The notes: generated by a model from the sequence alone, not told the origin. Counted from the stretch's first letter, positions 30,823-40,499 are shown. The stretch: DNA of 64,000 nt from an uncultured Chloroflexia bacterium (GCA_963827475.1 CAWHAZ010000005.1:928001-992000), one strand, 5' to 3'. A program made the numbers and translations.

Positions 30823-30910
30823 TGGTGCCGGAGGAGGGATTCGAACCCCCACGCCCCCGAAGGGGCAGCGGAGTTTAAGTCCGCCGCGTCTGCCATTCCG
30901 CCACACCGGC
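30823..30910 (-). tRNA. tRNA-Leu(TAA)
   Basis: GCCGGTGTGGCGGAATGGCAGACGCGGCGGAC-TTAAAC-TCCGC..., long variable arm, TTCGAATC, encoded CCA. Confidence 0.93.
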
Positions 30911-30923
30911 CCCGCTGAGATCG

Positions 30924-30997
30924 TGGAGGCGACGACGGGATTCGAACCCGTGTACGCGGTTTTGCAGACCGCTCCCTGGCCACTCGGGCACGTCGCC
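30924..30997 (-). tRNA. tRNA-Cys(GCA)
   Basis: GGCGACGTGCCCGAGTGG...GCGGT-CTGCAAA-ACCGC...TCCA. Confidence 0.95.
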
Positions 30998-31008
30998 ACC
31001 GACGTATC

Positions 31009-31083
31009 TGGCTGCCCCGCGAGGATTCGAACCTCGGTTCACGGATCCAAAGTCCGCTGTCCTGCCAGCTAGACGACGGGGCA
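31009..31083 (-). tRNA. tRNA-Gln(TTG)
   Basis: TGCCCCGTCGTCTAGCTGG...GCGGA-CTTTGGA-TCCGT...GCCA. Confidence 0.95.
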
Positions 31084-31126
31084 TCCCGATCGCGGCGAGG
31101 CTAGCAGAGCCCGCGGGGCAAAGAAA

Positions 31127-31202
31127 TGGAGCGGAAGACGGGACTCGAACCCGCGACCCTCACCTTGGCAAGGTGATGCTCTACCAACTGAGCCACTTCC
31201 GC
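31127..31202 (-). tRNA. tRNA-Gly(GCC)
   Basis: GCGGAAGTGGCTCAGTTGG...CACC-TTGCCAA-GGTG...TCCA. Confidence 0.95.
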
Positions 31203-31220
31203 CCGGTCAACGCCCTCGGT

Positions 31221-31296
31221 TGGTGCCGAGGGTCAGATTCGAACTGACGACACCCGCCTCTTCAGGGCGGTGCTCTACCAACTGAGCTACCTCGGC
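31221..31296 (-). tRNA. tRNA-Phe(GAA)
   Basis: GCCGAGGTAGCTCAGTTGG...CCGCC-CTGAAGA-GGCGG...ACCA. Confidence 0.95.
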
Positions 31297-31343
31297 CCAC
31301 GTCGGGCGCCGCTGGTCAGGATACCGATCGCCTTCGGCGTGGG

Positions 31344-32325
31344 TCAACTCGCCGAAGGTACGCCGCCCGCCGCATTCGCCGCGCTGGCCCCCGCCAGCGA
31401 CTCGAGGACGGCGATCCGCTCCGCCAGCGGCGGGTGGGTGTCCCACATCGAGCTCGACCGCTTCTCGAAGGCCTTGATCGGGTTGACGATGTACAGGTGC
31501 TGGGTGGCCTTGTTCGCCACCTCGAGCACCTCCGGGTCGTCGGCGATCTTGCGCAGGGCGCCGGCCAGGCCGAGGGGGTTGCGCGTCAGCTCGACGGCGC
31601 TGACATCGGCCAGCCCTTCCCGGCGACGGCTGGCGGCGAGCATGCACCAGTCGGCCGGCGATGGGGCTGAGCACTGCCAGCAGCAGCGCGACCACCGCGA
31701 GGATCGCCCCGGCGCCTCCGCCACCCTCGCTGCTCCCCCGCCGGCGACCGCTCACCCCGCCCCAGAACGAGATCCGCAGGAACCAATCCGCCAGCAGAGC
31801 GATCGTCCCGACCATGACCCCGATGAGGAGCATGAACCGGATGTCGAGGTTGCGGACATGGCTCATCTCGTGCGCGATGACGCCCTGCAGCTCCTCGCGG
31901 TCGAGCTTCTCCAGCAGTCCGGTCGTGACCGCGATCGAGGCGTGCTTCGGATCACGGCCGGTGGCGAAGGCATTGGGCGCGGTGTCGGGAATGACGTGGA
32001 CGCGGGGCATCGGTGCCCCGCTGGCGAGGCGCATCTCCTCGACCACGTTCATCAGCTGGCGGAGGTTGTCCGGCGGGTTGGCGCGGTCGATCTCGTGCGC
32101 GTCGCTGGCGGCGAGCACCAGCCGATCCCCGCCGAAGTACGAGGTGGCGGCCAGGATGGCGGCGATGAAGATCGCGAACACGATGCCGTACCACTCGTAG
32201 CCGAGCGCGTACCCGGCGGTCCCGGCCAGCGCAACCAGGAGCAGGGTCACGGTGAGCATGAGCAGCCAGCTCGCGCGCCGGTTGGCGGCGATCTGGGCGT
32301 GGAAGGTCGGCGCGGATTCGCTCAC
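31344..32325 (-). CDS. htpX: M48-family Zn protease HtpX, frameshift near 31640
   Basis: PNAFATGR, AHEMSH in one frame; SRRRE..AD, THPPLAERI in the other; follows lemA. Confidence 0.88.
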
Positions 32326-32350
32326 CGCGGGCGAGGGCCAGCGGTCACGG

Positions 32351-32926
32351 TCAGACCTGGAGGTTCACCTCGGGCACCGCGGTGTCGGCCTCCTCGATCT
32401 GGAAGTAGTCGCGCTCCTTGAACCCGAGCGCGCCGGCGAACAGCACGTTCGGGAATGTCTGGATCGCGGTGTTCATCTCCCGCACCGTGGCGTTGTAGTG
32501 CTGGCGGGAGAACCCGATCTGGTTCTCGGTGGTGGTCAGCTCCTCCTGGAGCTGCATGACGTTCTGGTTGGCCTTCAGGTCGGGGTAGTTCTCGACCAGG
32601 GCGAACAGCTGGCGCAGGGCGCCGGTCAGGAAGTTCTCGGCTCCCCCGGCCGCGCCGGCGTTGGCGGCACCCTGGGCCGAGGCCTGCACGGCGGCGTTGC
32701 GAGCCTCGATGACCTTGGTCAGGGTCTCCTGTTCGAACTCCATGTAGCCGCGCACGGCGTTCACCAGGTTCGGGATCAGGTCGTGGCGGCGCTTCAGCTG
32801 GACGCTGATCTGGTTCCAGGCCTCGTCGACCTGGTTGCGCAGGCGGACCAGCCCGTTGTAGATGAGGATGCCGCCGATCACGATGACGGCGATGACGATC
32901 AACAGGATGATGGGCAGGAAATCCAT
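32351..32926 (-). CDS. lemA: LemA family protein
   Basis: YNGLV, QLKRRHDLIPNLV, ENYPDLKAN, TENQI. Confidence 0.95.
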   Translation of the reverse strand: MDFLPIILLIVIAVIVIGGILIYNGLVRLRNQVDEAWNQISVQLKRRHDLIPNLVNAVRGYMEFEQETLTKVIEARNAAVQASAQGAANAGAAGGAENFLTGALRQLFALVENYPDLKANQNVMQLQEELTTTENQIGFSRQHYNATVREMNTAIQTFPNVLFAGALGFKERDYFQIEEADTAVPEVNLQV

Positions 32927-32981
32927 CGGGGCGACGTCTCCTCAGGGCACTACGTGTGGGCGGCCATGGTACTCGCGGGAC

Positions 32982-33058
32982 TGGTGGGCGGTGAGGGGCT
33001 CGAACCCCCGACCTTCTCGGTGTAAACGAGACGCTCTAACCAGCTGAGCTAACCGCCC
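32982..33058 (-). tRNA. tRNA-Val(TAC)
   Basis: GGGCGGTTAGCTCAGCTGG...TCTCG-TTTACAC-CGAGA...ACCA. Confidence 0.95.
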
Positions 33059-33092
33059 GCGGTGGAGGCTACGCCCATCGGTCTGTGGAAGG

Positions 33093-33177
33093 TGGTGCCC
33101 AGGCCGGGACTTGAACCCGGATGAGTTTCCTCATACGCCCCTCAAACGTACGCGTATACCAATTCCGCCACCTGGGC
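33093..33177 (-). tRNA. tRNA-Leu(GAG)
   Basis: GCCCAGGTGGCGGAATTGG...TACGT-TTGAGGG-GCGTA, variable arm, ACCA. Confidence 0.93.
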
Positions 33178-33183
33178 CAGGGT

Positions 33184-33271
33184 TGGTACCGAGGGAGGGA
33201 CTTGAACCCACACGACCGTAATGGTCACTAGGTCCTGAACCTAGCGCGTCTGCCTATTCCGCCACCTCGGC
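33184..33271 (-). tRNA. tRNA-Leu(CAG)
   Basis: GCCGAGGTGGCGGAATAGG...CTAGG-TTCAGGA-CCTAG, variable arm, ACCA; -10 TAGAAT at 33287-33282. Confidence 0.95.
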
Positions 33272-33324
33272 CCGGACCGCGATTCTACACGCCGTCCCCC
33301 GCCGCGAGAAAACGGGACCTTTGG

Positions 33325-33546
33325 TCAGACCGTCTGGAGGTACAGCGCCAGCACGGAGAAGATGACCCACAGGCCGGCGAGCACGATCGTGAGGCGGAAC
33401 AGGGTCCGCTCGATGCCACGACGGCTGCGATAGGCGGTGACCTCGCCACCGAAGGCGCCCCCCACCCCGGCGCCCCGCTGCTGGAGCAGGATGGCGACGG
33501 TGAGGGCCACGGCCAGGATCGACTGGACGAGGGTCAGGGCGTTCAT
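33325..33546 (-). CDS. secG: Preprotein translocase subunit SecG
   Basis: ILLQQRGAGVGGAFGG...RRGIERTLFRLTI; position after tpiA-gpmI. Confidence 0.92.
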   Translation of the reverse strand: MNALTLVQSILAVALTVAILLQQRGAGVGGAFGGEVTAYRSRRGIERTLFRLTIVLAGLWVIFSVLALYLQTV

Positions 33547-33569
33547 GCGGCCGGCAGTATAGGGCACGC

Positions 33570-35115
33570 TCAGCCGGGAGCGGCTGGGGCCAGCAGGCTG
33601 CGACCGGTCATCCGCGGACCGATGTCGATGCCGAGCAGCTCGCACAGCGTCGGGGCGACGTCGGCCAGGGTCCCGTCGCGCAGCCGCGCTCCCCGCCAGG
33701 GCTCGCCGATCACGACGATCGGCACGTCGGCCGTCGTGTGCGCGGTGTGCGGCTGGCCGTCGGCGTCCCGCATCCGCTCCACGTTGCCGTGGTCGGCGGT
33801 CACGACCAGGGCCCCGCCGGCGGCGAGCACCGCGGCCTCCGCCCGCGCGAGGCAGGCGTCGACGACCCCGAGCGCGGTCTGGGCAGCGTCCCAGGCGCCG
33901 GTATGGCCGACCATGTCCGGGTTGGCATAGTTCACGACGATGAACGCGGCGGCGCCGCTCGCCACGGCTTCGACCAGGTGGCCGGTGATCGCGTCGGCGC
34001 TCATCTCCGGAGCGAGGTCGTAGGTCGGCACGTCGCGACGGGACGGCACGAGAATCCGATCCTCCCCGGGGAACGGCTCCTCGATCCCGCCGTTGAAGAA
34101 GTACGTGACGTGGGCGTATTTCTCGGTTTCGGCCAGGTGGAGCTGGCGCAGGCCGAGGCGCGACAGGTGGGCGGCGAGGCCATCGGCGATCACCGGCCCG
34201 AAGGCCACCGCGACTGGCAGCACGGCCGGATCCTGGTACTCGGTCAGGGTCGTGACCGATACCTCCGCCGGCGCCTCGCCCCGGTCGAAGGCGGCGAACG
34301 ACCGGCTGGGCGAGCGCCTGGGTCAGCTGCCGCGCCCGGTCGGCGCGGAAGTTCAGGTGGACGATGGCGTCGCCGGGGCCGAGCCCTGCACCGGGCAGGA
34401 TCACGGTGGGCTCGATGAACTCGTCCCCGGTCCCCGAGGCGTAGGCCGCGGCGACCGCGGCCGGGCCGTTGGGCGCGGCGAGGCCCACGCCGTGGACGAT
34501 CGCTTCGTACGCGCGCTGCGTCCGGTCCCAGCGGCCGTCTCGATCCATCGCCCAGTAGCGGCCCGAGACGGTCGCGAGGGTCGCCCGGCCGTCGAGCTGG
34601 CTGAGCAGGGCCGGGAGGAGGACGGCGGCGGAACGGGGTGGCGTGTCACGCCCGTCGGTGAAGGCGTGGAGCAGCACGCGGTCGGGCGCGAGTCCCTCAG
34701 CGTGAGCGAGGTCCGCCATGGCCACGATGTGCTCGTCAACGGCATGGATCCCGCCCGGTCCGATGAGCGCGAGCAGGTGCAGCCTGCCCGCATGGTCCAG
34801 GGCGTGGCGCACGGCCGCCAGCAGGGCGGGGTTGGCCGCAAACGACCCATCAGCGATCGCGCGGCTGATCCGGGGCAGGTCCTGGAGGACCGGGAAGCCG
34901 GCGCCCAGGTTCAGGTGGCCGACCTCGCTGTTCCCCATCTGCCCGGCCGGCAGGCCGACCGCTTCGCCGGCCGCGGCGAGCCGCGCATGGGGCCACTCCG
35001 CCCACAGCCGGCGCCAGGTCGGCATGTCGGCGGCCGCCACCGCGTCGGCGGCCGGGTCGTCACCGATCCCGAAGCCGTCAAGGACGCACAGGACGACGGG
35101 TCGGACGCCCGCCAT
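33570..35115 (-). CDS. gpmI: 2,3-bisphosphoglycerate-independent phosphoglycerate mutase, frameshift near 34300
   Basis: LDGFG, QMGNSEVGH, DGRDTPP, NFRADRA; then AETEKYAHVTYFFNGG, NPDMVGHTG, TADHGN. Confidence 0.92.
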
Positions 35116-35137
35116 CAGGGAAGGCGGCTCCGGCGCG

Positions 35138-35916
35138 TCACGCGGCCGCGGCGCGGACGATGGCGGCAAATGCCCGAGCATCGAGGGATGCGCCCCCGAC
35201 CAGCGCCCCGTCGACGTCGGGCCGGGAGAAGTAGTCCGCGGCAAGCTCGGGAGCGACGCTGCCGCCGTACAGGATCCGGGTCTCCGCCGCGCCCGCCGGG
35301 TCGACCTCGGCCAGGAGGGAGCGGATGAGGGCCGCGCCGGCCTGGGCGTCCTCGCCGGTCGCGGCGTCGCCGGTGCCGATCGCCCACACCGGCTCGTAGG
35401 CCACCACCAGGCGACTGCCGACGATGCCGGACAGTCGCGAGACGGCTGCCCGAACCTGCCGCTCGATCACCGTGGCCGTGTCCTGGATGCGTCGCTCGTC
35501 GGCTGTCTCCCCCACCGCGGCAATCGGGCACCAGGCCGTGGGCGACCGCGCTGGCGACCTTGGCCGCCACGTCGGCATCGGACTCGCCGAACAGGTGCCG
35601 GCGCTCCGAATGGCCGACGATCGACGTACCGCGCGACGCCCGCCAGCATCGCGGGCGAGATCTCCCCGGTGAAGGCGCCGCTGTCCTCGGCGTGCATCGT
35701 CTGGGCGCCGACGCCCACCCCGGACCCATCCAGGGCCGCAGCGACGTCGCGCAGCCAGATCGCCGGCGGGCAGACGACGACCTCCACCCGCTCGTCCGCG
35801 GCCACGCTGGCCGTGTGCTCGGCGACGGCCGCGGCCAGGGCAAGCGCGGCGGCGCGATCGGTCGGATGCATCTTCCAGTTGCCGGCGACCAGCGGCCGGC
35901 GCGGCGCGGTGGTCAT
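35138..35916 (-). CDS. tpiA: Triosephosphate isomerase, two frameshifts (about 35630 and 35525)
   Basis: AGNWKM, GAFTGEIS / GHSERR / AYEPVWAIGTG, YGGSV, GALVGGASL in three frames. Confidence 0.92.
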
Positions 35917-35926
35917 GGGCGGTGCC

Positions 35927-36733
35927 TCACCCCGCCAGCTGCTCGATGCGCCGCAGGCGATGGTGGACGGCCGACCGGCCCAGGCCAAGCGCGGCGGCGA
36001 GGGCCTCGAGGTCGGCCTCGGGATGGGCGCGCCGGGCATCGGCCACGGCCCGCAGGCCGGGCGACAGGTCCGCCAGCCGGCCGTCCGCCTCCAGGCGCTC
36101 GATGGCCCGCAGCTGGCGCTCCGCGGCCCGCACCGTCCGGTTCACGTTCGCCGCTTCCGCGTTCAGCAGCCGGTTCAGCCGGTTCTGGACGTCGTGCCCG
36201 ACCCGCTCCGACTCCAGCTCGAGCAACGCGCCGTGGGCGCCGGTCAGCTGGAGCAGTGCGGCGACCTGCTCGCGCCCCTTGACGTAGACCACGGCCCGAC
36301 CTCGGCGGTCGTAGGCCGCGCCATGGATCCCGCTCGCCGCCAGGCGGCGCTGGAGGGTCCGCGCCCGGGATCGCGAGCGGAAGACGAACTCGACATGGGG
36401 GCCGGTCCGCGCGAACGAGAGCGACCCGCTGCCGAGGACCACGCCGCGGAGAAACGCCTGCCGGTCGTGAGCGGCCGCCGTGGACCAGCTCCATCGGTCG
36501 GTGCTGCCCGCGTCGAGGACGGCGAGGTGGTGGCGCGTTCCCGAGCCGCGGTCGGCGGAGCGGGTGACGTCCCGGCCGGCCCCCAGTCGAACCGCGACTC
36601 GAACGGTGGACGGGTCCAGCGAACGGATGGCCCCGTCCGCGAACCGAAGGCCGGCGAGCTCCGCCGCGCGACAGCAGGCCCGCGCCGGTTCGATGCGGGC
36701 CAGCTCCCCCTTCACGTCACGGGCAGGACGCAT
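35927..36733 (-). CDS. whiA: DNA-binding protein WhiA
   Basis: VKGELAR..CCRAAEL, AFLRGVVLGSGS, NRLLNAEAAN, SAVHHRLRRI. Confidence 0.9.
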   Translation of the reverse strand: MRPARDVKGELARIEPARACCRAAELAGLRFADGAIRSLDPSTVRVAVRLGAGRDVTRSADRGSGTRHHLAVLDAGSTDRWSWSTAAAHDRQAFLRGVVLGSGSLSFARTGPHVEFVFRSRSRARTLQRRLAASGIHGAAYDRRGRAVVYVKGREQVAALLQLTGAHGALLELESERVGHDVQNRLNRLLNAEAANVNRTVRAAERQLRAIERLEADGRLADLSPGLRAVADARRAHPEADLEALAAALGLGRSAVHHRLRRIEQLAG

Positions 36734-36738
36734 CCGCG

Positions 36739-38055
36739 TCAGCTGGCCGTGGCCACCGGTCGCCGGATGCGGTGTCGCTGGCGGGCGGGACGATCCTCCT
36801 GGAGCAGGCGGAGCAGGACGGCCGCCAGCTTGTCGGGGTCGTGGTGGTGGGCGTTCTGGTCGTCGACGACGTCGTCCTCGATGACGACGACCGGCAGCTC
36901 CTCGAGGTTGCGGCTGTCGAGCTGGACCGGCTGGCCCTGCCACCCGGACGGTCGGCGGGCGGATCGGTTCCGATTCAGGAGGACCATGTCGACCAGCTCG
37001 TCACCGGCATGGTCGAACAGCGCGGTCAGGTGCTGCGAGGCGGTGAAGCCGCCGGTCTCGCCGGGCTGGGTGGCGACGTTGCAGACGTAGACCCGCAGGC
37101 CCTCGGCGGCGGAGAGCGCGTCGTGGATGTCGCTGATCAGCAGGTTCGGCATCACGCTGGAGTAGAGGCTGCCCGGACCGATGACCACCAGGTCCGCCTC
37201 GAGGATCCGCTCCAGCGCCTCCGGGTTGGCCCGGACGTCGGGCGGGTCGATCTGGACCCGGGTGATCGGCTCCGTGGCCTGGCTCACCGCCGCCTGCCCG
37301 CTCAGGAATCGCCCTGACGCGAGGCGGGCCGTGAGGTTGAGCGGCACGCTGGTGGCGGGCAGGACCTGGCCGCGCACGGCGAGGACGCGGTTCGACTCGC
37401 GGACCGCCTCGTCGAAGTCGCCGGTGACCGCGGTCATGGCCGCGATGAACAGGTTGCCGAAGGCGTGGTCGTCCAGGCCGGATCCCGGCGGGAATCGGTA
37501 CTGCATGAGCTGGGTCATGAGCGGCTCCGCATCGGCCAGGGCGGCGATGCAGTTCCGGATGTCCCCGGGAGGTACGATCCCCAGCTGCTGGCGGAGCCGA
37601 CCGCTGCTGCCCCCGTCGTCGGCCACGGCCACGACCGCGGTGATGTTGGCCGAGTAGGCCTTCAGCCCGCGGAGCAGCGTCGACAGGCCGGTGCCGCCGC
37701 CGAGAGCCACGATCCGCGGCCCGCGGGCGAGGTAGCGCTTGGTGTAGAGCACCTCCATCACCGAGTCGCCGCTGGTCACGAATGGCGACACGAGGCTGTG
37801 CATGAGCTTCCACAGCCCGAACCCGGTGAGGAATACCCCGACCGTGATCACGATCGCGGCCCGGATCTCGCGCTCCAGCTCGGCGCCGAGGAGGGCGGCG
37901 ATCTCGGGGAACTCGATGATGGCCTGGCGGTAGACCTCGATCACGAGGATCGCCGCGCCGATGGCCAGGATCGTCAGCCCGACCAGGACGGCACCCAGCC
38001 AGCGCTTGATGTGCATGCCGGGGTAGAGCCATGGCGGGAACCGGCGTCCGGTCAT
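36739..38055 (-). CDS. YvcK/GlmR gluconeogenesis factor with N-terminal TM helices
   Basis: GGGTGLS, VADDGGSSGRLR, PPGDIRNC, GPGSLYSS, HDPDKLA. Confidence 0.92.
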   Translation of the reverse strand: MTGRRFPPWLYPGMHIKRWLGAVLVGLTILAIGAAILVIEVYRQAIIEFPEIAALLGAELEREIRAAIVITVGVFLTGFGLWKLMHSLVSPFVTSGDSVMEVLYTKRYLARGPRIVALGGGTGLSTLLRGLKAYSANITAVVAVADDGGSSGRLRQQLGIVPPGDIRNCIAALADAEPLMTQLMQYRFPPGSGLDDHAFGNLFIAAMTAVTGDFDEAVRESNRVLAVRGQVLPATSVPLNLTARLASGRFLSGQAAVSQATEPITRVQIDPPDVRANPEALERILEADLVVIGPGSLYSSVMPNLLISDIHDALSAAEGLRVYVCNVATQPGETGGFTASQHLTALFDHAGDELVDMVLLNRNRSARRPSGWQGQPVQLDSRNLEELPVVVIEDDVVDDQNAHHHDPDKLAAVLLRLLQEDRPARQRHRIRRPVATAS

Positions 38056-38546
38056 CGGCGCAACTCCCGGTGAATGACCGATACCGACGCGCCTTCCAGG
38101 CCGCCGAGGCGGCGGGCGAGCTCCTCGGCGAGGGCGATCGACCGGTGGTAGCCGCCGGTGCAGCCGAGGGCCACGACCAGGCGGTCCCGGCCCGCCTCTC
38201 GGTATGCCGGCACGGTCAGCTCGAGGAGCTGGACGACGAGGTCGAGGAACCGGCCAGCCTGGGGCTGGTCGAGGACGAAGCGGCGCACCTCGGCCGTCAG
38301 CCCGGACAGCGGCTGGAGCTCAGGGATCCAGAACGGGTTGGTCAGGAAGCGGACGTCGAACACGAGGTCGACCTTGGGCGGCAGGCCGTACTTGAAGCCA
38401 AACGTCACGATCTCGACCGCGAGCGTGGCGGGCTTGGCGCTGCGAGCGGGCTGTTCCGCCGTCGCGGGCACGGTCGTCGACCGGCGCGGCCGAGAGCGCC
38501 GCGTCGGGCGATCTGCGGGAGCCACCGAGGCCCGTCGGGTCGACAC
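38052..38546 (-). CDS. RapZ/YvcJ C-terminal-domain-only protein
   Basis: TFGFKYGLP..DLVFDVRFLTNP, GCTGGYHRS, HREL; no room for the N-terminal P-loop domain before the next gene. Confidence 0.85.
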   Translation of the reverse strand: MSTRRASVAPADRPTRRSRPRRSTTVPATAEQPARSAKPATLAVEIVTFGFKYGLPPKVDLVFDVRFLTNPFWIPELQPLSGLTAEVRRFVLDQPQAGRFLDLVVQLLELTVPAYREAGRDRLVVALGCTGGYHRSIALAEELARRLGGLEGASVSVIHRELRR

Positions 38547-38563
38547 CGTTCCGAGTATAGCCC

Positions 38564-39538
38564 TCAGTTCCCACGATTCCCGTTCGGCAGGGAGGCCAAT
38601 CCGGCGAGCAGGCCGGTGACGGTGGCCGCGGCCGATGCCCGCAGCGCGTCGAGGTCGTAGCCGCCCTCGAGGGCCACGGCCACGCCGGCCAGGCCCGCCC
38701 TGCCGGCTGCCTCCCCCACCGCGTGGGCCACCTCCCCGAAGCCGTGCTCGGTGACCTCCAGCCCGGCCAGCGGGTCGTCGCGATGGGCGTCGTAGCCGGC
38801 CGAAACGAGGATCGCGTCCGGGCCAAACGCCTCGACCCGGGGCAGGATCGTGTCGCGCCAGGCGGCCACGAACCCCTCGTCGCCCGTCCCGGCCGCCAGC
38901 GGGACGTTGAGCAGCGTCTCGCCCTGGTCGAACGTGGAGCCGGTGCCCGGGTACCACGGGTACTGGTGGGTCGAGGCGTAGAAGACGTCCGGATCGTTCG
39001 CGAACAGCGCTTCCGATCCGTCGCCATGGTGCACGTCCCAGTCGAGGACGGCGACCCGCTCCGCGGCGTGGGCGGCGCGGAGCGCGGCCACGGCAACCGC
39101 CACGTTGTTCAGGAGGCAGAACCCCTTGCCGCCTTCGCGGCCCGCGTGGTGCCCCGGCGGCCGGACCGCGGCGAACGCAACCGCGGCCTCGCCCCGAGCG
39201 GCCGCCAGCGCAGCCTCCACGGTGAGCCCGGCCGCAACCATCGCCGCGGTCGACGACTCCGCGACCACGTACGTGTCGGCATCGAGCCAGCCGGCCGTCT
39301 CGACGCCGCCGGCCAGCCAGGCCACGTACCGCGGATCGTGCACCGAGGCCAGCAGATCGATCGGCGCCGGTTCCGCCGTCCGCTGGACGAGATCGGCGCC
39401 GGCCGTGCGAGCTCCTTCCGCCACCCCGGCCAGGACGGGAGCGATCCGCTCCGGTCGCTCCGGATGCCCCGGCCAGGCGTGGCCGGCCAGGGCGGAATCG
39501 GTCAGCAGGAGGACGGTCGGACGCTCACGGCTCGTCAT
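38564..39538 (-). CDS. Histone deacetylase family (Zn-dependent deacylase)
   Basis: HPERPER, RPPGHHA, GFCLLNN, DWDVHHGDG, SAGYDAH, LEGGY. Confidence 0.93.
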   Translation of the reverse strand: MTSRERPTVLLLTDSALAGHAWPGHPERPERIAPVLAGVAEGARTAGADLVQRTAEPAPIDLLASVHDPRYVAWLAGGVETAGWLDADTYVVAESSTAAMVAAGLTVEAALAAARGEAAVAFAAVRPPGHHAGREGGKGFCLLNNVAVAVAALRAAHAAERVAVLDWDVHHGDGSEALFANDPDVFYASTHQYPWYPGTGSTFDQGETLLNVPLAAGTGDEGFVAAWRDTILPRVEAFGPDAILVSAGYDAHRDDPLAGLEVTEHGFGEVAHAVGEAAGRAGLAGVAVALEGGYDLDALRASAAATVTGLLAGLASLPNGNRGN

Positions 39539-40268
39539 CGGTTTGGATCCCGCTTGACCGAGGCCGCATGCCTCGGACCACGACCAGGGTGCCCTCGAAC
39601 AGGCCGTACATCAGGAGGGCCAGGATGACCATCGAGAAGGGGTCGCCACCCGGGGTCGCGACCGCCGACACGATCGCAATGATCAGGATGGCCCACCGCC
39701 GGCGGGAAGCGAGCCATTTCGGAGTGACGATCCCGAGTCGGACGAGGACGACGAGCACGACCGGGAACTGGAGCATCAGCCCGAACACGATCAGCAGGGT
39801 GGTGACGAAGCCGATGTACTCCTCCAGGATCGGGAATGGCTGGATCCCCTCACCGGCGAACCCGAACAGGAAGGTCAGCGCGTACGGCAGCACGAGGTAG
39901 CCGATGACGACTCCGAGGGCGAACAGGAGCAGGCCGGCCACGAGGAACGGCCACAGCAGGCGCTTCTCGCCCGGCATCAGGCCCGGCGTCACGAACTTGT
40001 AGAGCTCGAACAGGATCACCGGCATGGCGAGCGCGACGCCGACGAAGCCGGCGATCTTCAGGCGGGCGACAAACGCACCGGCCGGGCTGGTGAAGAAGAG
40101 GATGTCGAACTCGGTCGGTAGCGGCGCTCGCAGGATGTTGAGGACCTGCTCCGAGACGATGAAGCCGAGAATGCCGCCGATGAGGATCGCCGCGATGACG
40201 ATCATCAGCCGCCGGCGCAGCTCCTCGAGGTGCTCGACCATGGTCATGGCCGAGGCGTCCTGGCTCAT
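39525..40268 (-). CDS. tatC: Twin-arginine translocase TatC
   Basis: HLEELRRRL, FVTPGL, ATPGGDPFS. Confidence 0.95.
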   Translation of the reverse strand: MSQDASAMTMVEHLEELRRRLMIVIAAILIGGILGFIVSEQVLNILRAPLPTEFDILFFTSPAGAFVARLKIAGFVGVALAMPVILFELYKFVTPGLMPGEKRLLWPFLVAGLLLFALGVVIGYLVLPYALTFLFGFAGEGIQPFPILEEYIGFVTTLLIVFGLMLQFPVVLVVLVRLGIVTPKWLASRRRWAILIIAIVSAVATPGGDPFSMVILALLMYGLFEGTLVVVRGMRPRSSGIQTDDEP

Positions 40269-40304
40269 CGGCTCAGGCAGGCCGGGGCGCCGTCAGGCGG
40301 GCGG

Positions 40305-40499
40305 TCAGCTCTTCGGCGTGGTGGTGTCGGACGGCTTCGCGTCGCCCCGGATCGAGTCCTCGATCTCGGAGGAGGCCTTCCGGAACTCGCGAATCCCCTT
40401 GCCGATGGCGTTGCCGATGTCCGGCAACCGTCCCGGGCCGAAGAGGATGAGCACGATCACCAGGACGATGATGAGCTCGGGGGCTCCGATGGTTGGCAT
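40305..40499 (-). CDS. tatA: Twin-arginine translocase TatA
   Basis: [33 protein letters not shown]. Confidence 0.95.
   Translation of the reverse strand: MPTIGAPELIIVLVIVLILFGPGRLPDIGNAIGKGIREFRKASSEIEDSIRGDAKPSDTTTPKS

Larger units (their letters stand above)
21977..30881. mobile_element. Genomic island 2 (~8.9 kb) integrated at tRNA-Leu(TAA); no integrase seen
   Basis: Bounded by the 59-bp direct repeat and the intact tRNA; disrupted accessory cargo. Confidence 0.75.

Noticed and set aside
33325-35244. Apparent 639-aa GpmI-SecG fusion ORF
   Set aside because: Artefact of the gpmI frameshift; secG has its own ATG and -10 element.
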